Below, piece by piece: positions 37,046 to 47,485 of a stretch of 64,000 nucleotides of DNA. Within the stretch, counting starts at the first letter, position 1, and each line of letters opens with the position of its first letter. This stretch comes from a bacterium. GTDB taxonomy: Bacteria > Patescibacteriota > Dojkabacteria > SC72. The notes beneath the pieces were generated by a model, which saw only the letters and a program-made list of their open reading frames with translations, did no database searches and had not been told where the DNA came from. Where the stretch lies: NCBI GenBank assembly GCA_021463465.1, contig JAJTYH010000002.1, positions 201,799-265,798 of the forward strand, read 5' to 3'. Made by a program: the position numbers and the translations under genes.

Positions 37046-38314
37046 ATGTTAGCTCTACTTTCAGAGAAAATCGAAGATTTCCGTCTTCAGTACTACACTC
37101 AACTTCGTAACGTGATTTACATCCTAATAACACTCTTTTTTATATCTCTTTTCGATAGCGTGATGACTTTCTTAACCCCTGTTGTAATGACGGATTCTGG
37201 GCTTACTGAATTCCAAATGAGCCTTGTCTACGCCTCCTCATCAGTTTTTGGATTGGTCTTCGACTTTATCTTAGCCAGGTATCTACATACAACCCACTAC
37301 AAGAGACTTCTGACCTATACTCTCCTAATTACCCTTCTCTTTCCCGTTACAATGCTACTCAAACAAACCCTATTTTTTTTCCTAATAGGTATGCTCGTTT
37401 GGGGGTTATACTGCAATCTATGGGGTTTCGCACGCGATGATTTTGTCGCAAGAGAAAGCAAAATGGCTTTCCATGCCGCCAGTATGTCACTACTTTTCAT
37501 TTTTTCAGATGTCGGCAGTATTGTTGGGACACTAATTGCTGAACCTATATCTCTACTTAGTTCAAATAATCAACAACTGTTAACCCTACTGGCCATTCCA
37601 TTCCTAGGATTGATTACATTAAACCTTTCTTCTGTGAAAATACGTAAAGAATCTATGACGAAACCAGAATCCGAGAAGGTAATACATCAAGAAAAACCTA
37701 ATCAAAGAGAATTATGGTACTTGCTGAAAGTCACACAAAAACTTTGGCCCTTAATGCTTTTAGGGATTCTTGCGATAACGGTTGAGGCGATAATATGGAC
37801 TGTCACGCCAATAATAGGCAATATCTCAAGTGAGTTAGAAGGTTTAGGAGGAGTTATTTTAGCTACCAGCCTAACCGCTTCCCTTATCTCTTTTCCCATA
37901 AGTATTACTCTATCTCAGAAATTTGGTAAAAAGCGCACAGCAACTTACGCTCTCGTTGCAGGCTCATTAATGCTTATAGTACAAGGTTTTGTATCTGACC
38001 CTACCACTTATCTACTCATCACATTCATTAACTCAGCAATGTTTTCCGTCCTTTATCCAGCTATTGGGGCCGCATATGCAGACTACCTACGAGAATCAAA
38101 ATCTTTAGACAATAAAATTTTAAGCGTAAAAGACATGGGAACTAACTTCGCATACATAACAGGACCATTAATTGCAGGTATATTACTCACTACCATCGAT
38201 TCTACCAAGCTATTTTCAGTACTTGGCGCGTTTACACTAATAATAGGGCTTTTTGTCTTAGCAGTTATGCCCAAAAAGATTGATTTCCACGATAAGCGCG
38301 TTCTAGCAGATTAA
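37046..38314 (+). CDS. MFS transporter
   Basis: 12 predicted TMs in 6+6 arrangement with basic loops. Divergent from the CsoR-like gene. Confidence 0.7.
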   Translation: MLALLSEKIEDFRLQYYTQLRNVIYILITLFFISLFDSVMTFLTPVVMTDSGLTEFQMSLVYASSSVFGLVFDFILARYLHTTHYKRLLTYTLLITLLFPVTMLLKQTLFFFLIGMLVWGLYCNLWGFARDDFVARESKMAFHAASMSLLFIFSDVGSIVGTLIAEPISLLSSNNQQLLTLLAIPFLGLITLNLSSVKIRKESMTKPESEKVIHQEKPNQRELWYLLKVTQKLWPLMLLGILAITVEAIIWTVTPIIGNISSELEGLGGVILATSLTASLISFPISITLSQKFGKKRTATYALVAGSLMLIVQGFVSDPTTYLLITFINSAMFSVLYPAIGAAYADYLRESKSLDNKILSVKDMGTNFAYITGPLIAGILLTTIDSTKLFSVLGAFTLIIGLFVLAVMPKKIDFHDKRVLAD

Positions 38315-38355
38315 TTTTGCAACACGCGAGGTCATCTGATATAATCGAATCCGTT

Positions 38356-38682
38356 ATGAAGAAAGAGATTCATCCAAAATATAGCCACAACGTCAAGGTT
38401 ACCTGCTCATGCGGGAATACTTTCATAACTGGATCTATACTCGAATCAATCAACACGGAACTCTGCTCAAACTGTCACCCTTTCTATACCGGTGAACAGA
38501 AAATCGTTGATACCGATAACTTGGTTTCCAAATTCCAGGCCAGACAAGAGCGATCAGGTGCTATGTCTTTCCGAACTAAGAAAGCCAAAATGGAAGCTAG
38601 AAAGCAGCGATTTGCCAAGGCTGAGAAGTCTTCATCCAAAGGCCTTACTCTTAAAGATATGCTTGCACAAATCAGCAAGTAG
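38356..38682 (+). CDS. rpmE: 50S ribosomal protein L31 with a ~40-aa basic C-terminal extension
   Basis: MKKEIHPKY...CSCGN...CSNCHPFYTG zinc-ribbon signature. The track ORF starts 13 codons earlier; MKKEIHPKY matches the canonical L31 N-terminus. Confidence 0.85.
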   Translation: MKKEIHPKYSHNVKVTCSCGNTFITGSILESINTELCSNCHPFYTGEQKIVDTDNLVSKFQARQERSGAMSFRTKKAKMEARKQRFAKAEKSSSKGLTLKDMLAQISK

Positions 38683-38717
38683 CTATTTCCCTCTAAATTT
38701 TCTATCCTTTTCCTGTA

Positions 38718-39821
38718 ATGGATACGTTAACAGTAAAGAGTAAGTACAATTTAGATGCTGTAAAGGCTAAAAAGGAAGAGATCGAGTCCGAGATGTCCAC
38801 CGGTCACCTGACAGGGTCCAATATGTCGGCACTTTCAATTGAATTAACTCACTACTCTACTCTCTTTAGCTATATCACCCAGCTGTATAAGCAGTTAGAT
38901 ATCTTAGAACAGGCACAAAGCCTAATCGCTTCCGAAACAGACCAAGAGCTTATTGCACTAGCACAAAAAGATATCGCTAGCTCTACACAAGAGATTGGAA
39001 GAATAGAAGCGCAAATACTAGATATTGAGATTGAGCGACAATTCAAAGATCCAGACGACGAAAAACCAGCAATCATGGAGATCCGGGCTGGCGCAGGAGG
39101 CGAAGAAGCAGCTCTATTTGCTGCAGAACTTTACCGCATGTACACTCTATTTTCCAAAAATAAAGGATGGGCCGTAGAGGTTATTGATATGAGTCTGAGT
39201 GAAAATGGCGGATACAAAGAAATCATCGCTCATATTCAAGGCAAAAATGTATTTAAGTCACTAAAATATGAAAGTGGAGTACACCGAGTTCAAAGAGTCC
39301 CAGTAACTGAATCCTCAGGCAGAATCCACACCTCTACAGCATCTGTGGCCATCCTTCCTGAAGCCAAGGATGTAGATGTTCAGATTAACCCTGAAGACTT
39401 AAGAATTGATGTTATGAGGGCATCAGGCGCTGGAGGTCAAAATGTAAATCGTACAGACTCAGCAGTCAGAATTACCCATCTACCCAGTGGTATCGTAGTA
39501 TCGTGCCAAGAGACCAAACATCAAGACCAAAATAAGGTTAAAGCTATGAACATTCTACGTGCAAGGCTTTATGAAAAGCAGAAAATGGAAGCGGACCAAG
39601 CACGTGCAGATATGAGATCTTCACAAATTGGGTCAGCCAACCGTTCTGAGAAGATTAGAACCTTCAACTTTCCTCAAAATCGAATCACCGATCACCGAGT
39701 TAAGAAATCATGGTTCAATCTCGAAGAAGTCTTAAACGGTAATTTGGATGAAATTCTCAGCACCGTAAAGGATATGATTCAAAAGGGTCAAGTCGCGATT
39801 GGAGATGATTACGATGAATAA
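38718..39821 (+). CDS. prfA: Peptide chain release factor 1
   Basis: RVPVTES (PxT-type tripeptide) and [25 protein letters not shown] (GGQ motif). Confidence 0.95.
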   Translation: MDTLTVKSKYNLDAVKAKKEEIESEMSTGHLTGSNMSALSIELTHYSTLFSYITQLYKQLDILEQAQSLIASETDQELIALAQKDIASSTQEIGRIEAQILDIEIERQFKDPDDEKPAIMEIRAGAGGEEAALFAAELYRMYTLFSKNKGWAVEVIDMSLSENGGYKEIIAHIQGKNVFKSLKYESGVHRVQRVPVTESSGRIHTSTASVAILPEAKDVDVQINPEDLRIDVMRASGAGGQNVNRTDSAVRITHLPSGIVVSCQETKHQDQNKVKAMNILRARLYEKQKMEADQARADMRSSQIGSANRSEKIRTFNFPQNRITDHRVKKSWFNLEEVLNGNLDEILSTVKDMIQKGQVAIGDDYDE

Positions 39822-40599
39822 CTCCCAACTCGTCGTATTGGCAGAAATAATCCGCGAACTGGATAGTTTTAACCACCCTGATTCAACACGGATCGGCAAA
39901 GAGATTGCAGAATTCACTTCATATAAAAAATCTAATTACCAGGAAGTCATTTCAAAATTAAAAACAGCGGAGCCATGGGAATACATCTGCGGTCATACTG
40001 AATTCGACGGGAATGTACTGAAAGTAAACTCAAATGTTTTAATCCCTAGGTTGGAAACTTTAGAGTTACTTGATTTAGCCGATAAATACGCAACAGAAGT
40101 GAAAGAGATACTGGACGTAGGTACAGGCTCTGGAGCTATTACTATCTCCATAGCTAAACGTTATCCCTCAATTAAAGTCACAGGTATAGATATATCTGTA
40201 AAAGCAATAGATTTAGCCAAACATAATGCAGTACAAAATCAGGTACAGGCGAAATTTATACAATCCGACCTACTCTCAAAATTCTCCTTCAAACAAACAA
40301 CCCTTGTAATGGCAAACTTACCTTACATTCCAACTAATGAGTACACCAATCTTGATAAAAGTGTAAAAGATTTTGAGCCTAAACTTGCATTACACGGAGG
40401 TAAAGACGGGTTAGATATAATAAAAAGATTAATCAATCAGGTATCAAAACAATCCAAAATCAGAGCGGTGATCCTTGAAATTGATCCTTCACAAAGGGAT
40501 TTACTTCAAACTTACGTAAAAGAAGTCATACCAGAATTCAAACAGGTCTTTCATCAAGATTTCAGAGGATTACTTCGCTTCCTCGAGCTTTACCGTTAA
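39799..40599 (+). CDS. prmC: Release-factor glutamine N5-methyltransferase PrmC (HemK)
   Basis: [11 protein letters not shown]-binding motif and NLPYIP (NPPY motif). Overlaps the prfA 3' end, the usual arrangement. Confidence 0.9.
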   Translation: MEMITMNNSQLVVLAEIIRELDSFNHPDSTRIGKEIAEFTSYKKSNYQEVISKLKTAEPWEYICGHTEFDGNVLKVNSNVLIPRLETLELLDLADKYATEVKEILDVGTGSGAITISIAKRYPSIKVTGIDISVKAIDLAKHNAVQNQVQAKFIQSDLLSKFSFKQTTLVMANLPYIPTNEYTNLDKSVKDFEPKLALHGGKDGLDIIKRLINQVSKQSKIRAVILEIDPSQRDLLQTYVKEVIPEFKQVFHQDFRGLLRFLELYR

Positions 40600-41709
40600 T
40601 TCCAAAGTCTTTCCTAATCTCCACACCTCTACTTTAACCTCTTCACCTACTTTATGTTCTTGAATAAGGGTTGAAAGTGAACCCTCGACCTTCTTACCAC
40701 CGAAAGTAGTTATAATATCATCTTTCTTGATTCCAGCTCGGCTGGCTGGGCTATTAGCTACAACACGCATGATAAGGGCACCAGCCTGGATATTATCGTA
40801 ATAATCAGCCTCATACTGGCTAATCATCTGATATTCAACCCCCATATAAGGATGAATAAATTTGCCGTACTTACGGTATTCATCCAATCTCTGAGTCACC
40901 CTGTTCACAGGAAGAGCAAAAGATATGTTATCTGCACCTGAAGTAGTTGCAAAATTTACTCCAATCACCTGACCACTTGAGTTTAGTAATGGTCCACCAG
41001 AATTTCCTGGATTAATAGCGGCATCGGTCTGAATTACATCCTCATATACCTTAGATGTCTGACTCCAGAAGCTACCAGAGCTGGTTGTAACGGATCTATT
41101 AAGTCCGCTTACAACTCCTGTAGTAACACTTCCTGCGTACTCACCTAAAGGTGTCCCAATAGCAATAACTAGTTGCCCTACTTTCAACTTTGAAGCATCT
41201 CCTAATTCGATTGTAGGTAAGTTATCGGCCTTGATTTTGAGCAGTGCCAAATCGCTGGAATTATCGATTATTATATCTTCAACGTCGTAAGCTTCTCCCG
41301 CAGCAGTTAGAACTCTGTATTTCTGATTGGCTAGAGAAACCACATGCTGATTAGTAATTATCAATCCGGCTTTATCAACTATAAAACCTGTACCGATCTT
41401 ATCATCACGGCTAACAATTCGATTACCACTTGCTTCTTCTTTGGTAAGAGCAATTGATACAACGGCGTCTTTTGATTTTTCAACCACTTCAATCACCGCA
41501 CTCTCTTCGCTGGTAACTTTGACCTGTTCATCAAGTACCGCCACTGGACTCATAAGTCTCTCTCTAAGACTTTGCACCCACTCTTTGCCTTTTGGAACAC
41601 CAAACCATACAGCAATTAATGCAAATATCAGTAGTAATAAAACTCCTAACCATTTAAGAACTGGTCCAAGGATACTCGGGTTCTTTTCTATTTTTGTTTC
41701 ATTTTCCAT
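40570..41709 (-). CDS. htrA: HtrA/DegP-family serine protease with PDZ domain, membrane anchored
   Basis: N-terminal TM. TNQHVV (His), DLALLKI (Asp), GNSGGPLLN (Ser) triad. C-terminal PDZ. Confidence 0.9.
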   Translation of the reverse strand: MENETKIEKNPSILGPVLKWLGVLLLLIFALIAVWFGVPKGKEWVQSLRERLMSPVAVLDEQVKVTSEESAVIEVVEKSKDAVVSIALTKEEASGNRIVSRDDKIGTGFIVDKAGLIITNQHVVSLANQKYRVLTAAGEAYDVEDIIIDNSSDLALLKIKADNLPTIELGDASKLKVGQLVIAIGTPLGEYAGSVTTGVVSGLNRSVTTSSGSFWSQTSKVYEDVIQTDAAINPGNSGGPLLNSSGQVIGVNFATTSGADNISFALPVNRVTQRLDEYRKYGKFIHPYMGVEYQMISQYEADYYDNIQAGALIMRVVANSPASRAGIKKDDIITTFGGKKVEGSLSTLIQEHKVGEEVKVEVWRLGKTLELTVKLEEAK

Positions 41710-41726
41710 TCTTATACTTGATTAAG

Positions 41727-42968
41727 TTAAATTCGATCCTTTAAAAGTCCAAAAGCTTTGTTGAGCTGGACATCATTACCTTTTTTAAACTCCTCTTCAG
41801 GATACTCCTGTACGATATCAGGCTTAATCGGGTTATCTCTATTTAACCACTGCCCATCAGGAAGAAGCCATTTCAAAATAGTTAGATGAAGACTTGATCC
41901 ATCTGGATATGTCATCACGGTCTGTGCAGTACCCTTTCCATAAGTGTTAACGCCAACTACCTGCGCTCGTTTGTTTTGCTGTAAAGCTCCTGCTAGGATT
42001 TCTGATGCCGAAGCACTTCCTTCGTCAACTAAAATAACCAATGGAATATCTTTCAACTTACCCTCTCGAGTAACTCGAAAAACTTCTTCTTTACCATCTT
42101 TGTCTGATTGCTTAGAAAGAACTGTACCTTTAGGCAGAAATTCATTACCGGCATAAATAGCGCTATCAAAATACCCACCTGGATTACCTCTCAAATCAAG
42201 GATTAATCCTTTGGCTTTGGAGGCTACAACCTCTTTTACAACCCTATCCCAATTGTTCTCCCATACTTTGACGCTTTCATCTGTGAACCTGGACACCCTA
42301 AGTATTTTTACCTCAGAATTCTCGCTATGATTAACCAGTTCCATACTTGGGACATCAATCTCTCCACGAGTAATAGTAATATCCACTGGTTTTATCTCGC
42401 TTTTATGTAGGACTGTCAGGTTCACATCAGTACCTGCCTTACCACGGATTCTACCTACAACATCAAATATTGTGTCAGTGCTAGAAATTTCCTTACCATC
42501 GACTTTCAAAATCACATCTCCAGGTTTTAAACCAGCCTTACTCGCTGGTGAACCTTTAAGAGGGGAAACTATTACTATTCTTCCAGCTTCATAACTAAGC
42601 TCTGCACCTATACCCTCAAACGCCTTCCCTTCAATACTCTTGTTAAACTCACTTGTTTCTTCAGGGTCCAAATATGTAGTAGCAGGATCTCCTAACGACT
42701 GAACCAAACCTTTAATTGCACCATAATACAGTTCTTTTTCGTTAACTTTTGATCCATCTACATATTCTAATTGTAAAGTGTCCCATACATCCCAAAACAG
42801 TTCTAAATTTGTTCGTGTAGAGTTACCTCCAAAGAAGCTAGCAATCGACGGTGCCTGGCTCATTCGGCCCAACATAAATCCAATAGCGAAGAAGCACACT
42901 ACGGATATTAAAACACCTATAAGGGGCGATTTCATAATCTTTTCTGGAGTTTTTGATGATGATTTCAT
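41727..42968 (-). CDS. ctpA: C-terminal processing peptidase (S41, CtpA-like)
   Basis: N-terminal TM, PDZ domain, ILDLRGNPGGYFDSAI S41 core motif. Confidence 0.9.
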   Translation of the reverse strand: MKSSSKTPEKIMKSPLIGVLISVVCFFAIGFMLGRMSQAPSIASFFGGNSTRTNLELFWDVWDTLQLEYVDGSKVNEKELYYGAIKGLVQSLGDPATTYLDPEETSEFNKSIEGKAFEGIGAELSYEAGRIVIVSPLKGSPASKAGLKPGDVILKVDGKEISSTDTIFDVVGRIRGKAGTDVNLTVLHKSEIKPVDITITRGEIDVPSMELVNHSENSEVKILRVSRFTDESVKVWENNWDRVVKEVVASKAKGLILDLRGNPGGYFDSAIYAGNEFLPKGTVLSKQSDKDGKEEVFRVTREGKLKDIPLVILVDEGSASASEILAGALQQNKRAQVVGVNTYGKGTAQTVMTYPDGSSLHLTILKWLLPDGQWLNRDNPIKPDIVQEYPEEEFKKGNDVQLNKAFGLLKDRI

Positions 42969-43025
42969 GTCACTAAATTACAGATTAACTATAAAGTATA
43001 CACTCACACTGCCTTTTTCCCAAAA

Positions 43026-44042
43026 TCAACTGATTATTTCCAAACATTCATTCGCTAAGAGCTTTCGTTGTCCGTTAGAAAGTAGAACAGTGTAATATCC
43101 AGGCTCATTAGAGGTATCTACTACTTTCCCTATACCAGCATAACCCTCCACATCTATTACCCTTACAAGGTCATTTACTTTTAACTCATGCGTAATATGC
43201 TCAAAATCATCTTTAATCAGGTACTGCCCTACATCACTCCAGAAAAGTTTTCCCTCGCTAATATGAACCAAAGTTCCATTCATAGACGAAATCGCATGTG
43301 AAATAGCAAAATCATATGCAATCTGGCCAAAACCCCCAAGTACTACTAGCTTTCCATTGTAGAGTTCATAGTCAACATAATCAGTGGCCCATACAATTAC
43401 AGCAAGAGCATCTTTTTCCAAGATTTCAGACACAAGCTTCGAATAGACGAAGCGTCCTGCAAAAACAATTTTTCCGCTGTAATCTTCTTTAAGGTCTCGG
43501 GATGTATAAACAGAATCACCTTTATCAATAACTACAAATTCTCCGCTGGCATATGTTTGTTCAGATAAATGGCCAAATGCAATGTCAACATAAAAGGCTT
43601 CCGATTCAATAGTGATTCCCCTGTTTAAATCAATATCAACAACCTCTCCTCTTATTTGCGCGTATACTTCCTCATCTGAATGCTCGGCTAATAGATCGAT
43701 ATAACCCTGGTCAATTCTTTCAAAACTAACTATCCCATCTCCTGTTGCATAAATCTTTTTCACTACTAAGCCAGCTTTGGTTATTCTTTCTGCTAAAACT
43801 TCTCCTTTGACTACAAATTCCCCATTAAGTCGGACTACAAATTCTCGAGCATTCTTTCCTTCAACTCCTAACTCCTTCATGACACTGTAAGATTGAAGGA
43901 TTTTCTTATAGCTTTTCTCAAATAACAGGTCGTTTCTTCTGACCTTATCTCCTTTGCTTACCTTCACCTTACACTTTCCTTCAAAAGGCAAAAGAAATTG
44001 ATGCCCGGATACACGTTGTATGAAAGGTTTAATTATTTTCAT
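43026..44042 (-). CDS. Hypothetical protein
   Basis: 338 aa, no motif recognised. 14-bp overlap with the upstream gene, so cotranscribed. Confidence 0.4.
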   Translation of the reverse strand: MKIIKPFIQRVSGHQFLLPFEGKCKVKVSKGDKVRRNDLLFEKSYKKILQSYSVMKELGVEGKNAREFVVRLNGEFVVKGEVLAERITKAGLVVKKIYATGDGIVSFERIDQGYIDLLAEHSDEEVYAQIRGEVVDIDLNRGITIESEAFYVDIAFGHLSEQTYASGEFVVIDKGDSVYTSRDLKEDYSGKIVFAGRFVYSKLVSEILEKDALAVIVWATDYVDYELYNGKLVVLGGFGQIAYDFAISHAISSMNGTLVHISEGKLFWSDVGQYLIKDDFEHITHELKVNDLVRVIDVEGYAGIGKVVDTSNEPGYYTVLLSNGQRKLLANECLEIIS

Positions 44043-45384
44043 TTATCCAACTATTCATTTTAAACCTATTACTTCTAACATCAGGCCCATAAACCACAGG
44101 CTTATGTCGTCCATCAATAACAAACGAAGAATAACTTATATTTTTTGGATCTGAGTACACCTCAAATGCTTGATATTGGTTACCCCAAAAAGCTTTCTGG
44201 ACAAAGTTACCAGTAATAAAAGCCTTGCTATTCTCGAGTTGCACTGTAGTCATTTCAGGTGCCAAAGCATATACTTCTTTTTCTCCCAGCTCAGCTGATT
44301 CCAATTTCCCAGAGAAAATTACTTTTCTAGCTTGTGAAGCTTGGGTATCTGCAACCACAACTTTCACCATATCCTGAAATAAATCATGGACAGCAAAAAC
44401 GAAATTCTCGCTCTTTCCGCCCGTGACAAGCGTCTTACCAAAAGTCATTGTCTTGCCGTACTCGTCAAAAAGAAAATCTATCTCCCCACGCATCTCAAAA
44501 CCATCTAAGAGGGCTATAAGAAGTTTTTTTTGCTTCAAAGTTCGGGTTAAAGCACCTGTAATAATAACCAAGGTCGATTTACCTTTCAAACCTATCTCTT
44601 CAAATTTACTTCCATTGTCATTGAGAATTGAAAGCATTTGGACAGTAACATAACTTCGAATCAGGTCTTCAAGTACAACTGAGGTTGTGCGGGTAGTCGG
44701 ATTTATTACAAAATTAGCCCAAATATTATTAATTTTGCTCACCTCCGTCTCTATAGAAAGAAAAGCTTTAAGTTTCGAGTTATGAATATTTGCAACCAAA
44801 TTCGCTCTGTTATCCCAGTGAATATCTGCACTATACAAATCACCTCCAGAGCGTATATCACGATTCAATAATTGCTTGACACCAGCACTAGTATACCGAG
44901 TAACTGAAAAATCATACGGATCTAAATTTATTTGCAAAATGTCGTCATATTCAACTTTACGTGATAATCCGGCAAGCAGATTTCGAATATATTCACCGGT
45001 TACAACTACAACATTGATATTAAAAGAGACCTCACGAATATTGCCTAAAAGCTCTTCTTTGTTAATCTTTGAATCTAAGATATGAAAAACAATATTTGAA
45101 ACTCCTATCCCCTCTCCAATCACAGGTAAAATCTCCTTCTCTCTAAAGAACTGCCAATTAAATTTCTTAGACAAAGATTGAAAATACGCTTTCCAAAATT
45201 CAGTACTCAAAATCTTTTCTTCCGCTCCAAACAGATATGTAATATCCGAAAGAATATAATTTCTCCCCGAATCATAATCTGCGTAAGCTAAATTGGCATA
45301 AATACCCTGGTTATTAAGGTGAATTGCGAGATACGCGTTTTTGTCGAAATTTGGCAGTTTCAAAAAAGTGCTTACAAAAATCAA
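44029..45384 (-). CDS. Hypothetical protein (possible actin-like ATPase fold)
   Basis: 451 aa. Gly-rich stretches (VIITGALTRT, VTGGKS) vaguely FtsA/PilM-like. Assignment is weak. Confidence 0.35.
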   Translation of the reverse strand: MIFVSTFLKLPNFDKNAYLAIHLNNQGIYANLAYADYDSGRNYILSDITYLFGAEEKILSTEFWKAYFQSLSKKFNWQFFREKEILPVIGEGIGVSNIVFHILDSKINKEELLGNIREVSFNINVVVVTGEYIRNLLAGLSRKVEYDDILQINLDPYDFSVTRYTSAGVKQLLNRDIRSGGDLYSADIHWDNRANLVANIHNSKLKAFLSIETEVSKINNIWANFVINPTTRTTSVVLEDLIRSYVTVQMLSILNDNGSKFEEIGLKGKSTLVIITGALTRTLKQKKLLIALLDGFEMRGEIDFLFDEYGKTMTFGKTLVTGGKSENFVFAVHDLFQDMVKVVVADTQASQARKVIFSGKLESAELGEKEVYALAPEMTTVQLENSKAFITGNFVQKAFWGNQYQAFEVYSDPKNISYSSFVIDGRHKPVVYGPDVRSNRFKMNSWINENN

Positions 45385-45439
45385 GCTCTCAACAATTTAA
45401 CGCAAAATAAAGAGATTTTCAAACTTTCAACACTACCAG

Positions 45440-45766
45440 TTATTCGGAAGCAACGTAAGGAAGAAGGCCCATAATCCTAGCTCGCTTAATAGCAGTAGTT
45501 AATTGTCTTTGGTGCTTAGCACAAACTCCAGACTTTTCTGTAGAGATAATCTTTCCCCTGACCGAGGTAAACTTCTTTAATTGATACACATCTTTATAAG
45601 TAACTTCACCAACACCTGACTCGCAAAGAGGACATTTCAGATTCAAGATAATTTTTCGTTTTCTTCTCTTTTTATCTTTTCTTCCACCTCTTTCGTCGTC
45701 ATTCCCAGTGATGGTTTTCTCGTCAAATACACCTTCCATTTCTGAGTTCTTTTCAATCTCTACCAT
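45440..45766 (-). CDS. rpsR: 30S ribosomal protein S18 with a basic N-terminal extension
   Basis: YKDVYQLKKFTSVRGKII...RQLTTAIKRARIMGLLPY matches the S18 core. A ~35-aa Lys/Arg-rich N-terminal extension is present. Confidence 0.85.
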   Translation of the reverse strand: MVEIEKNSEMEGVFDEKTITGNDDERGGRKDKKRRKRKIILNLKCPLCESGVGEVTYKDVYQLKKFTSVRGKIISTEKSGVCAKHQRQLTTAIKRARIMGLLPYVASE

Positions 45767-45786
45767 ATATTTAAACTAATAATTAA

Positions 45787-46293
45787 TTAAAAGGGTAAGT
45801 CCTCTGCCCATGGATCCGAAACTTCCTCTTTGACATCTTCTTTAGATGTTTTTTTAGAAGATTTCTTCTTATTAGGAGCATCTTCGTCCATATTCATTCC
45901 GTCATTAACATGAGCATCAGATTGAACATTCTCATCCATACCTGCACCTTGTCGACCCTTGCTATCAAGCAAAATCATATCATCGACACGAACCTCTGTT
46001 CTGTATCTCATTACCCCGCTCTCATCCTGCCATGATCTTGTTGTAAGGGAGCCCTGAATATAAACTTTCATTCCCTTTGCTAGTAATTGCTGGCAAATCT
46101 CAGCGAGTTTCCCCCAAGCAACTACGTTATGAAATTCGGTTAATTCTTTCTGCTCCCCAGACTCGTCTTTCCATGACTTATTAGTAGCCAAACCAAATGT
46201 AACCACAGGTGCGCCACTAGTGGTATATCTCATCTCCGGATCTCTAGTTAGATTCCCAATCAATTGAACTAAATTGAGTGATCTTGCTGACAT
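45787..46293 (-). CDS. ssb: Single-stranded DNA-binding protein
   Basis: OB-fold N-terminus (LVQLIGNLTRDPEMRYTTSG...FHNVVAWGKLAE), Gly/Asp-rich linker, acidic C-terminal tail ending EDLPF. Confidence 0.9.
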   Translation of the reverse strand: MSARSLNLVQLIGNLTRDPEMRYTTSGAPVVTFGLATNKSWKDESGEQKELTEFHNVVAWGKLAEICQQLLAKGMKVYIQGSLTTRSWQDESGVMRYRTEVRVDDMILLDSKGRQGAGMDENVQSDAHVNDGMNMDEDAPNKKKSSKKTSKEDVKEEVSDPWAEDLPF

Positions 46294-46357
46294 TACTCTT
46301 AAAATACTTAAATTAATCTAACCCTATTCTAATACAGGAATATTAAACATTCCTTAA

Positions 46358-46699
46358 CTAAACCTCAACATCAATTTCCTTCTTTTTAATACTTTTACCA
46401 ATCAATTCTGGGTGCTCAACTTCAACGATTACGTATCTAAGAAATTCTTGTTTGAGTTCAAACTGCCTCTTTATTTCAGTAACCTGATCTGAAGGAAGTT
46501 TGAAATTATAAACAATATAATAAGCTTCGTTATGACCCCGAATGTTGTATGCTAAATATCTTTTCCCCCATACATCTACATCCACAACTTCACCACCCAA
46601 TCCTGATACCATATCAACGATTTCCTTATGTAAAGCCTTGCGCACATCATCTGGCAACAACGGCTTAAGGGCAATCATCATTTCGTAATTATTCAACAT
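46358..46699 (-). CDS. rpsF: 30S ribosomal protein S6
   Basis: YEMMIALKP...GKRYLAYNIRGH S6 signature. Conserved rpsF-ssb-rpsR order. Confidence 0.9.
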   Translation of the reverse strand: MLNNYEMMIALKPLLPDDVRKALHKEIVDMVSGLGGEVVDVDVWGKRYLAYNIRGHNEAYYIVYNFKLPSDQVTEIKRQFELKQEFLRYVIVEVEHPELIGKSIKKKEIDVEV

Positions 46700-46789
46700 G
46701 TTCCTTTTAATTCAATTTGATATTAAAGCCAACAAATCTTTTAAGGCAGGCAATTGTAACAAAAAACTGCCGTGCTGACAAATAACTGA

Positions 46790-47485
46790 CTACAAAAGCT
46801 CCATATAATCCTCTACCACATATTTTTCGCTTTCAACATACCTGTCATTCATACCTTTAGTAAGGACGCACACATAATCAATACCAGAGTTTTTGGCTGA
46901 CAGAACACCATTCTTGGAATCTTCAAAAATAACCGCTTCCTCTGGCTTCCCTTGAGCAAGCCTCAAACCTGTGTAAAAACATTCTGGATCTGGCTTGGTC
47001 CTTTTCATATCTTCAATAGTCACAAGATGATCAAAAAATCCAAGCATACCAACCTTTTCTAATATGAACTGGGCAAATACTCGAGCACTGGAAGTACACA
47101 GTACAATCATTTTACCTTTCTTTTTGCTGACTTTCAGAAACTCCACGGCACCATCTTTCACAGCCACAACCTTCTCGAAATCGTTCTTAAGAGCGTGCCA
47201 CTTCAACTTTCTGTAACTTCTCCTCCAACTCATAAACACAGAATCTAAAAAAGACGGCTCAATTCCTTTTGCTTCAAAGTATCTCTCAAAACCGCCTTTC
47301 GAACCACTTCCTGAAAAATATTCCAAGTACTCTTCATATGTTAATTCTTTTTCCCAAAATTCTCTTACTGTATTTCTAAAAGATGTGTAATTGAGCTGCT
47401 CTAAGTCAACTAGGGTACCATCCAAATCAAACAGTAAAACCCTTTTACTTTCTATTAAAGCTTTAACCTTCACCCTAGTTAGCAT
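46790..47485 (-). CDS. HAD-superfamily hydrolase (beta-phosphoglucomutase-like subfamily)
   Basis: LLFDLDGTLVD motif I, a Thr/Ser motif II and a K...EDS-type motif III/IV. Confidence 0.75.
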   Translation of the reverse strand: MLTRVKVKALIESKRVLLFDLDGTLVDLEQLNYTSFRNTVREFWEKELTYEEYLEYFSGSGSKGGFERYFEAKGIEPSFLDSVFMSWRRSYRKLKWHALKNDFEKVVAVKDGAVEFLKVSKKKGKMIVLCTSSARVFAQFILEKVGMLGFFDHLVTIEDMKRTKPDPECFYTGLRLAQGKPEEAVIFEDSKNGVLSAKNSGIDYVCVLTKGMNDRYVESEKYVVEDYMELL

